Shown here piece after piece: positions 25,159 through 37,500 of a stretch of 64,000 nt of DNA; positions within the stretch are counted from its first letter, which is position 1; each line of letters opens with the position of its first letter. Location: contig NC_047070.1 of NCBI RefSeq assembly GCF_902459465.1, positions 17,050,001-17,114,000 on the forward strand. Reading direction: 5' to 3'. A program made the translations under genes and the position numbers. The notes beneath the pieces were generated by a model. It was not told where the DNA came from and did no database searches. It saw only the letters and a program-made list of their open reading frames with translations. Source of the stretch: Asterias rubens (Eukaryota).

Positions 25159-26479
25159 TTAAGAATTCTTTCTGAAACCGGTCCCTGGTTGATTTATACT
25201 AATCTTGTTTTAACAAACGAGGTCACACACCCTCAAGCATTCATAGCCTGCATGCTTGTGAACGTCCCCACGACACTCACGGCACTTGCCGTGGTGCCCT
25301 ATGCTTTTGCTGTGGTGCCCTTTGAAACCACAAATATAATTAAGTCCTCAAAAAAGTGCCCCAGAGGAAAATCGCTGTGCCCCTTCAAGAACGAAATTCA
25401 AGGCCTGGCCTGCGCTATTTTGGGAAGAACGCCAGGCATCTGCAGAGCAATTCAGGCTTCAACTATCAAGCCCAGGAGTGAACCATGTGTGTGGACCCCT
25501 TGCCTTTTCTCAATAGTATAATCAGCGTGACCAACCAGGATCTCTGAGTTTCTGGAGGACATGCATTATAAAGATGCAGTTATTTCATTATAATAATATT
25601 ATCCTGTTGCCTTGAGGAGTTTATTTATTTATTTATTTTAAATCTTCGGACATAATTCTTTGTAGGCAGGGGCCGTCCAGTGTAAGGCAAAAGTTTAAAA
25701 AACTGTCATCAAAGCGATGTGCCCTCCCAGACCCCTCCAACAAAAAACATACATGTTTATACAAATACAGAAAATAAAAGCATGAATTTTTAAAATGTAG
25801 ATAATAACATATAAAAGTACAAAACGCCACATTAAATTAAAATCATCCCTTCCACTGCAAAACAGCCTCGGCAATTTTGGTTTCTTATAATACGATCAGT
25901 TCTGGGGTAGTACAGTCCTCTTTTTGTTTTTTAATTGCCTGTAAATAACAAATCAAAAGCAGCTTTCTTTTGTTTGTACTTACATGTATAATAATAACGA
26001 TTACATCAAGAAGTAAAACCAAAAACAACAGATGTGTAGAAATGGCAAAAAAACACCATAATCTATTACAAGAACAAATCTACATACAGGCGCAATTGCA
26101 TAAAAGCAAGACTAAAAAGAAAAGTCTTCACTTGTCGCTTAAAAATATAATGGAACAAGTTGTGGCAAGGAAATAGGTAATTACAACAAAATTGTGAATT
26201 ATGACATAAGTAAAAAGGATTGTTTTTTTTTTATTACGCCAGGCTTTTCCCTGTGCAATAAAGAATGGTTCCTTTTGGAGGGTGGTGGCAATATTGAAGC
26301 GCTAGATGATTATTCATTCGCTGGTCAATTGCGTACCGTGTTGTTTTCAGCATTTTCTTCATCTGTCTTTAGCTTTTTTAGAGAGCCACTTTGAGCTTAG
26401 TGGCCCCCGGGGTTTGGGGTAGATGTTTTCATCCAGCAACATTGACATTATAATTTAATAAGCATTTTCTCGTAATTTG

Positions 26480-26712
26480 GCAAGGGGGTAATTTCGGTAC
26501 GTAGTTGAAGTCATGGTGCGAGAGTAGGAAATCGGACGTGAAATAAACGTTTTAAAATAATTATTTACTTTGATGCAGAATTGCCAAACAATTTGCATAT
26601 ATTCTCGCGACTACAGATTTGCATAAGAAACAACCAAAACGTTTACTTAACGCCTGATTTGTTTCTACTTGCGCACCATGACTTCAACTACGTCCCCAAA
26701 ATACCACCTTGC
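26480..26712. mobile_element. MITE with ~40-bp imperfect TIRs
   Basis: GGTACGTAGTTGAAGTCATGGTGCG versus CGCACCATGACTTCAACTACGTCCC (24/25 complementary), extendable outward to GCAAGG/CCTTGC. Confidence 0.75.
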
Positions 26713-27090
26713 AATTTCAATACTAGTCAATAGTTACTGTTTTTTTACACACAACACACAATATTGTGGCTAAAAACATCTAAGATACATCCAGCCCCGG
26801 GGCCAAGAAGCACAAAGTGGTTCCCTGAAAAAGAAGCTAAAGACAGAATGGACCGTATAAGAAAAGTAGCAATTGCTTATTAATTAAAAGGTCGATAAAT
26901 TGCTCAGTTAAATCTATCAATAACCATTACCTAGACTATTTCTTGATTGGATAAGTAATTGGTCACAAAATAACGGGGTATACTCAGGAGTAACCCGTGG
27001 TCACAATGTTTCGAGTTCGGCCATATAGAGCGTCAACTCCCACAATGACGCCAAGCTGTGTGTACCGGGGGCGCACAGTGTTTTTGATGC

Positions 27091-27246
27091 CATAGACCTT
27101 ATCGCAAATACCAATGCGCAAGCGCAGACTGTTGAATGAGGTGCATTGTGGGATAGATATGGATCAAATTTGGATACCAGCTAGACCACAATGCACCTAA
27201 TTCCAAGCTTTACGCGCGCGCCCCGGTATTTGCGAAAAGGTCTATG
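27091..27246. mobile_element. Small MITE
   Basis: TIRs CATAGACCTTATCGCAAATACC / GGTATTTGCGAAAAGGTCTATG, plus an inner inverted pair AGGTGCATTGTGG / CCACAATGCACCT. Confidence 0.8.
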
Positions 27247-28533
27247 CTGCCACTGAGATCAGTGCTTCCAACCCGTGGCCCTCTGTTGGCCTTGTTTGGG
27301 TGAGCGCCCTGACTTGGCCCCCGCCCCGCCCCCCCTTATCCCCCACACTGTTTTGTTTCCATTCCTGAAAACAAAAAAAACCATAAGAATATCGTTTACG
27401 TTTGTTTCCGATGCTGCTCTAATTAAACACAATTAGTACAATAGGAAAGTCAATTAGCAGCTGGCCGGCCATTACAGTAGGCCTAGATAGTATCATAAAC
27501 CTGAGTAGGCCTATAAATGATACCTTTTTTCTTCAAAAAATGTATATTATAAAAATAACATCTAGGTCTGAGCTGAAGCAAAAGTTTAGTCTCAGTCCAC
27601 AGATAAAAGACAGACAGATAGGATATACATGAAAATAAATCTTTTAATTGTTTGGACAATTACAACCGAACTTCAACTGGGGAGAGAAACATTTCGGTTG
27701 GGTCACGCGTGTGGCTGATAATGGGAGTGTTTAATTAGCTTGCTTTTTCTTCACACTATGGGACTTGGATTTGTCGGGTTTTTCCCCACATTCTACCCCT
27801 CAACAATTTATAAAGTGAGCCTCCCCTATCGATATTCTTTTTTTTTTTTGGGGGGGGGGTATAGAAATGGGGGGGGGGAGGGGGTCACCCAGAAAAGTTT
27901 CCGCTGGTTCACGTTCAGAATTGTATCGTGTACCCAGACGTCATTTGTATAAATAGCATTCACTAATGTACGGAGCACGTGTGCATACTGAATAGAATAT
28001 TGAGCCGCGAACCGGCGAAAGACCCCCCCCCCCCCCCCTCGAAAACCAGGAAATGGAGGGTGTGTTTGTGTGGGACATCGAACTCAATGTGTGTGGTTTA
28101 CAATGTTTGGCGGATGTGTTTGTTGGTATTTTACATAAACATTCTTTCGTCTGATTTGTTTGGGAAAATATCTTTACATCTGCTGATGTGTTTTACTTTA
28201 GTATTCCAGGAACAGCTGAGTACAACGTTATACAAGTTTGAATTGTCTTGACACTGCGACGACCAGTCAGTCGACGACCGACTACCCCTCGCAAACTCGA
28301 CTGCCTGAACCACCTGGTGTGTACTGTACACACATAGCTACTGCTGCCGTGCGACTAGCGACTGTCACTGTGGCCACATTCATTGATCTTTGGAACAATT
28401 GTGTTCGTGATACGTTTTGGGTTATAATAATTATGTAAACCTGGCCAGGTTATGAGTGGGCTTAGCCTTACAGTAGGCCCAGGTTTGAAGTCTTTTCTGA
28501 AGTGTTTGAGTTTGACAAGAGACTGGAAATAGC

Positions 28534-31500
28534 ATGGCTAGAAATGCTGCAACCTTCGATGACGCCCTGTACTGGACGGTCAAGGAGGTCGGCGACTGGC
28601 TGGAACGGGTAAACTTACTATTTTTCTGTATCTCGAATTATTAAATCTTATGAGTTTTTGTTGTATTTATCAAATGAAGCATTGCCAAAATGAGACAAGT
28701 TCAAATTTTTAACTTCTGCTAGGTAGTATAAACTAGTAGAAGTTGTAGGCCGTCTCATACAATACATACATAGGCTTTTCAGAAGTGGGAAAAGTTTCCG
28801 TATGGCGCCACCACTTTTTCATTCGATTTGAAATAATATAGTATCTAATTTACCTCAATGAGATATCCCTTTTTGTAAAAATGAGTGAAAAAGTGGCCGC
28901 GCCATACTGAAAGTTATCCTTATCCCAGAAGTGTCTTAATGGAAAAATATTGCGTTCCTGCAATGTATTTGCTATTTGGAAGTTTTATTCCACAGTTTGA
29001 GTCCATGGACTGAGAAGGCTACAGCCTTCAAAAAGCAAAAGGGACGTGACTCGACCTTGGTACATGGTGAACAGGAACTACATGTAATTTATAGGGTTGT
29101 CTTCATCCAACATAAACTTACCAGTGTCAGAATAAACCAGTATAAACATGGAGATAGAATATAATAGTAAACTTACAGGACAACCATGGTGGCTCTGAAA
29201 TTAGCCGGTTTGGTCTTGACATTTCGAACAGTATACTCTGTTGATCTTCTTTTTGTCTTGTTTTTCCCCTGAAAACAAGCAGAGTACACTGTTTGAAACA
29301 GTTGTTAGAGTGCCTGCTCCTTGAGCCCTTTTCACACGGCCAAAATGTAGCCAGGGTCCCTTGCTACAAAATTTACGAGCGTGGATTGTTTATTTGTTAT
29401 CACCGTGTGTGACTGATTTTGTGAGCTTTCCCACTGCAAAGTTAAAAAACTAACAACCCTTGTGTGACATGAGAGTGATATGACGAATTGGTAATCCTGA
29501 TCACCTTAGTTGGACAAGATAGCACCCACAATAGCATGCGCTGTATGGGCATTTTCACCTAGGACGTCGTTCAATAAACAAGGGTTCCTTTCTCACGATG
29601 ATGTAGCCCACGTCCTTGGTCAAAACTTCCGCTAGTGTAAGATTTTGTCGTAGGTCCGGACCTCCGACAAAATATAGCCATGTTGGACAAGATTTGACAA
29701 GGTACCCTGGACACTCCAAAAATTATTGTCCTTTCACACGAGGTGCATTTTGTAAAATCTTACAACCATGCTACAATTTAGCAAGGGACCCTTGCTAAAT
29801 TGCTCTCGTGTGAAAGGGGCTTTAATCCGGAGATCGTTGGTACAACAGTATTTTGAGAAACATGACATTAATGCGATGTACATTAACAGTGACAAGTGTT
29901 GTTAAAAATGAGTCATAACAGCCCACTTATGACCACCGCCCCCCCCCCCCCCCCCACCCACCCACTAGCAAGATTGTTGCTCTATTAAATACTTATTTGA
30001 CCTTCTAGAATTAGTTGCATTAGACTTATTTGACCTTTCTGATTGAATAAGCTAGCAACAAGTCAATCATTTCTGGTTGGTTATCCACTTTTATTAATCA
30101 TCAAGACCATTGTTCAGTGAACGATTTTCCTTCTTGTGAACATGTGTACTACAGTAGCAGAGCAAAAAAATGTCAGACTTTGCTACTCGAGAAAAACCAT
30201 TAGCTAGCCTACTCGATGTGTTAAATTCAATGTTTGAAATGCGTTTGTTTTTTATATTTTTTTTTAATAATTGTCATTACCCTGTACATCATCATGCCAC
30301 CAACCTGACATTTTTTTCTTCACATTTGGTGATCACTTTCTAGTTTTAAACTCAATCTTTAAATTAAATTGACTGATTAATTCTTTGTGACTGATTCATG
30401 AAGGTTTTCCCGAGCCTCCTGCATATCCCAGCCAGACATGCCAGACATAATAGAGTCAATGTCTAATGTCTCTACAATGTACATCATCGTCTACATCGTT
30501 CATTTTGAAATAATCTTTATTTGATATTCTTGTAATATTATAAATTTTTTTGATATGAATTTTCCAGTCCTTTGGAGGCATTGTGCAGTCTTATGTCTGC
30601 ACATCATCATCAAACGGAGAAGTTCGTTTTGAAATTTCCTAACTTTATCTCTTGTTGTCTGTTCGACATGTTTGATATAAGAACTTTCCAGTGAAGCCTG
30701 ATTGTATAGAAGAGGCAATCGGGCGACGGCGTGCAGTCTCTAATGTCCTCACATCATCATCAAACGAAGAAGTTCATTATGAAAGAATCTTAATTTGATG
30801 TCTAGTTATTTGATATGAACTTTCCAGTGAAGCCTGATTGCATTTCCAGTGGAGGCAATCAGGCATGCAGTCTCTAATGTCTGCACATCTTCATCAAATG
30901 ATGTTCTTCCGCTCAAACACCCACCAAGTCAGTACAACATGCCCCCATCACTTATCTCCGGCTAGTCTCCCTGATTAGTTTTAATCCAACAGCTTTGACT
31001 CTTCGGTCCTGTCCTGGACCCAATTTCATAGAGCCTTTAAAGCACAAAAATAGCTACACGCGCAACAAAATTATGGTCACCAGATTATGTTTACCAACTA
31101 AACTACCAAAGTCACATACAATTTGTGACTGGTATCCTGCTCATATCTGCTTAGCAGACGATTGTCATGATTGTTCAGCAATATTTTCTGCTTTCAGCTC
31201 TAGGAAATTGGGCCCTGGGCCCCACTCTACATCCCTCTTCCTAAACCACCTGCTGCATGCTGACGTAATACCCCCACTATGGCAACCACTCTCTCTAGGT
31301 TTTGCCTTGCCTCAATTATAAACCTGGGTGCTATAAATGGCTACCGGGTTGGATGTGAGTCACTGTACAGCTGTCTGGTTTGATTTCTCGTTCCGCTGGG
31401 GGAATGTGTACCAGCCAGGGTGCGCAGATCCATGTAACACTTTGTGTCCGTTAGTGTCGTGTGGGTTTAGAGCGGGAAGTCGGCTGACAACACCCAAGTT

Positions 31501-34500
31501 GTCTTTTTTTTCTTTTCACCGTTTGTGTGATTCAGGACAAATAATGTACTATGGAATCTTATGTCTTTGGATTGTCTAATGTCTGAGCTGTGAAGGCTCG
31601 GACTGGTGCTCGAGTACACAGGTATGGAATGGTTTGTTGTATTGGGTATTTAGTAGATAACCTTTGACGTGATGATCTAACCACCCCACCATGTCCACAG
31701 GCTTCCTGGACGAAAAGCAGTTTTAAGTTTAGGGAAAATGGAACCAACAGGTTGTACAGATTGGAGTGTTCTTCTTTGAAATACTTACTGTGATGATTTT
31801 ATCGCAAGTTTCTTCAGAAAGATTTGATACATGGATGCAGCTGCTGAAGTCATAGGCCTAATGTGATTGAACACTAACTGTTAGGCCTAAGTTATTATGT
31901 TAAAGTTCTCAACCAAAGTCTTCCATTAGTCTTAGGGGCTTTACTGAGATTGGTTTCCTAACACCTTCCTGACCTTCCTGTAGTGTGCAGACTTTTTTTC
32001 TACAATATGTCTCCTTGCCCTTGGGAATGAAGGCATACTGATTAATCTAATACACTTTACATGTATGAAGTCACTTCCTTTGTGGAGTTGTCTAGGGGCA
32101 CATAAACTGGCATAGTGGATACAGCGTCATCAGAGATGGGTCTTTGCAAGCCCACACCATAGAAGTTCCCTGATTAAAGCAAACGTGTCGATATTGTTTA
32201 CAGATTCACAGCGGGATCATAAATGCCAAGCCAGCTTGATTTTTCATTTCAATTGCACCTTTTACTAAGTTATATGAACTTACCTTTGTGTAGAGCACAC
32301 AGGGGTCGATTTCACAAAGAGTTAGGACTCGTCTTATCTTGAGTTAGGACGAGTAAATCGTCTTAACTTAGGATAGGTCCGCATGCTACAGTGCAGGGTT
32401 GGGACTCGTCCTAAGTCCTAAGATTAGTCTTAAGTTAGGAAGAGTTTTGAGAAATCGCCGGCAGGTGTCTAGCATTTATATGATGTTAAGTGTGTTTTGC
32501 TGAAATTGTAAACTGAATGTTTCAGTCCATCATGTATGATGTGAACACTTTACGCGCATCGTTAGCTAGCCCTAAGCTCTCCCCTAACTGTTTGTTTATT
32601 GCACTAGAACCCCGATCATACTTTTTGATCTAGTTAAATACATTCCACCAAAATGAGAAACAACTTTTAACACAGTTTTTAAAACAACGTTTTACTTGAC
32701 TGAGCACTGAGAAGAAAAGATGATCTCATTTATTTTATTAGTTGGAAGTTTTTTTATCTGACTCAAAGTAAAATTTGATCAGAATCAAAATGAGAAGCAA
32801 TGCCACCACTCACCGCCAACATATGGATGTGATAGCTCAGTTTGTTAGAGCACTGACACAGTAAACCAGAGGTCAATGGCTCAAAACTAAAAGATTTACC
32901 CAGTCCCTTGTGTTTTATATTCTTGATGTTATTATTTACCAGTTTACCCTTTTTGTTGTCTTTTCTTTTGATTCTGTAGATTGGCTTTTATGAATATAAA
33001 GAACCATTGCAGACTGTTGGAATCAATGGCAAGGAGCTATTTGTAAGTATTACCATGGTAACGACTATAATTGGTTGGCGGGCAATTTCAATTCAACAAG
33101 TTCCAGGCAATCTTCAAGAAGAATAAACACGAATGCAGCAGAAACCATAGCCTATTCTTGCCCGGCCCTGCCAGTCTTGGTTTTCCTATAAGTATGAACT
33201 GCCCTTTGCAAAAATTAAAATGGCCTTGCCGTCATAAAGACAGGCTGGATTCCAGGCATGCATGCATTAATCAATAGCTGAGGAAGTTTATTGAGCTGTG
33301 CCTGTGGCCCTTTGAAACTTTAAAAAATTGTATAATGCAATTTTCATGGCATTTCCTCAACTGACATTGTACAATTAAATTGTGCGTGCAGGAAGTCCAG
33401 GGGCCCATTTCAAAAGCTTGGCTCCGGCTCAGGCACCAGCTTTGGCTCTGGCTGGGGCGCAAGCTTAGGCTTTGGTTTGGGCACCATTTTGGTCTTTGGC
33501 TTGGGGCTCTGGCTTAGGGCTCTGGCTTGGGGTCCGGCTGTGGCACTTGCGCCAGCTTGGGCTTTGGTTTGTGCGCCAGCTTGGGCTCGTGCTTGGGTTC
33601 TGGCTGGGGCGCCAGCTTAGGCTTTGGTTTGGGGACTAGCTTGGGCTCGTACTTGGGTTCTGGCTGGGGCACCAGCTTAGGCTTCGGCTGGGGTGCTAGC
33701 TTGGTCTTCGGCTTGGGTACTAGCTTAGGCTCTGTCATCAATTTTGGTGCAGCATACATTTTGCACGGTGACAAGAAAAGAAAAGACTTACAGTGTATGA
33801 CAGTCTGCCTGGTAACCAGAAAAAGGGCTGTATTTTTCTCCATTTCAAAATTCTAATGCCTGTCCTCACCAAACAAATGGTATCTTGCTGATTCGTCTTG
33901 CCTTGGTACATGTACATCCCAGTGCCCTCTGACATATAATAGGTCACACTACGATAATGGCGTTTCATACATATAATGAGAATGTGTACAAGACCTTGGC
34001 ACTGAAAGAGTTAAAAGCTGATAATGATCATGTGGTTCTATTGTGAACTCTGGATGTCACTGCTTAGGCCTACATGGTCTACGATGTGGTATTGGAATAC
34101 CTTGTGTACACTCGGCCAACCTCATTCTACTTGATTCTTTGTGTTTGGCCTCAGGGTTAGAATGTAGTTTCATGACTTATTTTGTCCCACCATACATTGG
34201 TTTTCAGGAAGGAAACACGTTTTTTTTTTTAATGATCTTAAAGTATGCGACCCTTAAAGGCAGTGGACACTATTGGTAATTACTCAAAATAGTTAAAACA
34301 TGAAAACTTACTTGGTAACGAATAATGGAGAGCTGTTGATAGTATAAAACTTTGTGAGAAACGGCTCCCTCTGAAGTAACATAGTTTTTGAGAAAGAAGT
34401 AATTTTCCACTAGTTTGATTTTGAGACCTCAGATTTAGAATTTGAGGTTTTGAAATCAAGCATCTAAAAGCACACATCTTCGCGTGACAAGGGTGTTTTT

Positions 34501-37500
34501 TATTTCATTCATATCTCGCAACTTTGATGACCAATTGAGCTTAAATTTTCAAAGGTTTGTTATTTTGTGCGTATGTTGAAATACACCAAGTGGGAAGATT
34601 GGTCTTTGACAATTACCATAGTGTCTGAAGGTCTTTAACCATTGCAAAACAAGGAAATGCATGCAATTGGCCTTCTCTGGTGTTGATTTATTTTTTTGTT
34701 GAAGGGGGGGGGGGGATGTTGCCTTCTTTTCTGGTACATTTTTGCTGGTGTTGCTTTAAATGCATGTAAACCACAGAACATACATGTAGCTGGTATGCAT
34801 ATGTGAAAGTAATTGTGTCCCTGATCTCGGAAAGTGCGTGGAGTCTCGTGTGAGGCACTTCACTTCCTCAAGGCAGATTGTGTGTAAAGACCTTACTGCG
34901 ACATAACGCATTTAAACTTTGCACAATGTGGAGCGGACATTGACGACTGATTGACAAGAACTCATTCGCACTTTGGAGACTCCAAGGTACCCCCTAGTTA
35001 TCCCCCCACTCCTATTACTCCAAGCGTACTACAAACTGACGAGTCAGGACCGCAGTGTCCTCTCAGGTTCAGGATGCACTGTACTTTATCTGTGTTTTCC
35101 ACTTAAAAAAGAACCCAACAACTACCTGCACGTCAGTATACTTCCTGCTTCGTTTTATTCCTAACGCTATACTTAGAAACACATCACGGTTACATTGGCA
35201 TACATGACCTGTACTTGTGTATAATTGCTGATTATGTGGAAATACCTTTGTGCTTGGTGACATATTGCGGACTTAGTTGTAGTTACAAAGATCCCTTTTT
35301 TATATCAATTCATTATCAGGAACTATCAGAGAACAAGCTACGGAGGTTGCATCCGACACGTAATATGCCAACAGGACGCAGTGACCCAGCTTCGTAAGTA
35401 TTACACTATGTACCTTGTACAGGATATTAATAATAATAAAATAATAATAAGACTTGTAATGCGCACATATCCACCCTGCTGGGTGTTCAAGGCGCAGAAA
35501 GGGGGGTATACATTCGGTCGTTAATTACTCTGAAAATTTACAACCTCAAAAAAACTTAGTTGGTAAGATGTTCTGCAGCTGGTGATCATTTTGAGAAACA
35601 CTTTCCTTCAAAGAAATATAGTTTTAGAGAGAGGGAGATTCAAAATCATTTGATTCTGAGAAACGTTTCTCAAAAACTACATTTCTTCAGAGGGAGTCGT
35701 TTCTCACAATTTGTTATACTGTCACTAGTTTTCCTTTGCTCGTTACCACGTATTCTAACAATTATTTTGAGTAATTACTAACTAACAGTGTCCAGTGCCT
35801 TTAACAGGGAAGTTCACATCACCAGCACTCACTAGTATTAATTGGTATCAGTTTCTCACCTTCCACCTCTAGAACCCCAGTTTGATATTGAATATCGAGG
35901 ATGCCCCTGCATGGATTGGGTTTTCAGTCCCTACAATGCCCTACATGTATGTAACTGACTGCTTGGGTTTTTCCCTTAGCTGTATAATTCACCGAGGGAT
36001 TTCCTTCCACCGCTACATGTAACATGTCTAAAAATTGAAACTTCCTTCCTTGTCTTCTTGTCTTTTCTCAATTGGTTTCTTGGCTAGTACAGTTTTTTTT
36101 AAACATCATATATCTACATTTAGTATACATCATGTTTTTTGCAACTCTTGCCTTGTAAAGCAAGAAAAGAAATACATGGAACATCTACCAGTGTATGTTT
36201 TGCTGAGAGTGTTAGGTAGGCCGCTAACCATGGAGGTAGAAATTCTCCATGGGCTAACTGCACCAAATGATTTCATGTATAGTGCCCAAACTCATGAACT
36301 TCGATCTCTATCCATACATGTACAATGTACAATGTATGTGCATGTATCACTTGAGTCAATATAGACCTTGGTTACATTTGTATGACAATGGAATAAGTGC
36401 AACGTGAAATGTTCAATGGCGTGTCATGGCTGGGTGGTTAAGAGTACCGTACACAAGCTCTGGTGTTTCTGACTAGCAGAGTGTAATGTAGGTTCAGATT
36501 CTGATGAGTGGTTTTGTCTCCTTGTGAGTTACTTTAGTGTCCTATGGGATAAAGGTCAGGATTGGTAGTGCAGGTAAAAGAACCCAGAACACTGATGCAA
36601 GAGGGTTTAAAACCAGTGGTGGTCCTGGTTCACATAACCAGCACCCTTGTTTACAGGTTTCCTTAGGCTTGTGAGCCATTATTCACTTAAAGGCAGTGGA
36701 CACGATTGGTAATTACTCAAAATAATTATCATGCATAAAACCTCACTTGGTAACGAGTAATGGGGAGAGGTTGATAGTATAAAACATTGTGAGAAACGGC
36801 TCCCTCTGAAGTGACGTAGTTTTCGAGAACGAAGTAATTTTCCACGAGTTTGATTTCGAGACCTCAAGTTTAGAATTTGAGGTCTAAAAATCAAGCATCT
36901 GAAAGCACACAACCTCGTGTGACAAAGGGCGTTTTTTCTTCCATTATTATCTCGCAACTTCGACGACCGATTGAGCTCAAATTTTCACAGGTTGGTTATT
37001 TTATGCATAATATTTTGAGATACACCAAGTAATAAGACTGGTCCTTGACAACTACCAATAGTGTCCAGTGGCTTTAAGAATGTTTGAGTCACTTTTGGTT
37101 TCATTACCAGAAATATTTTACAACAAACAATAGTTCAATCTGACGCCACCATTTTGCCACAAACAATACCCTTATAAGACGGAAATAGGGGCTGCATAAC
37201 AAATTAGGCCTAACTGTTGAATCGATAGAAGTGTTTCTGTTTTCAACACAGGGATGTGAAGTTTCACACTTTTATATGAATTTAGATTCCTGATAGACAA
37301 AAGCTGCGGTGCGCTTCTTCACAACAAATAAAATGGCTCTTTGATCCACTCAGCTAGTGCTGAGGATACTGTTCGCAAAAGCTCCTTGGAACTTGGGTTA
37401 TCAAAAGGTGGTCATGCCATCATTTCAATGTACCCTCCTAATAGACCTTTGTGACCTTGCACATTCTTTGGCTAGTCTGGCAGGCAAGATACTACACTGG

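Noticed and set aside
32825-32890. tRNA-like sequences (also 52880-52950)
   Set aside because: A/B-box-like heads without a complete cloverleaf; these are SINE relics, not tRNA genes.
34960-35105. Pro-rich open frame (DSKVPPSYPPTPITPS) in intron 2 of the adaptor gene
   Set aside because: No compatible acceptor/donor pair; the gene model is complete without it.
36679-36957. Similar short ORFs (MRDNN..., CAFRCLI...) at several places in the ORF track
   Set aside because: Chance frames inside non-coding MITE family 1 copies, not a gene family.
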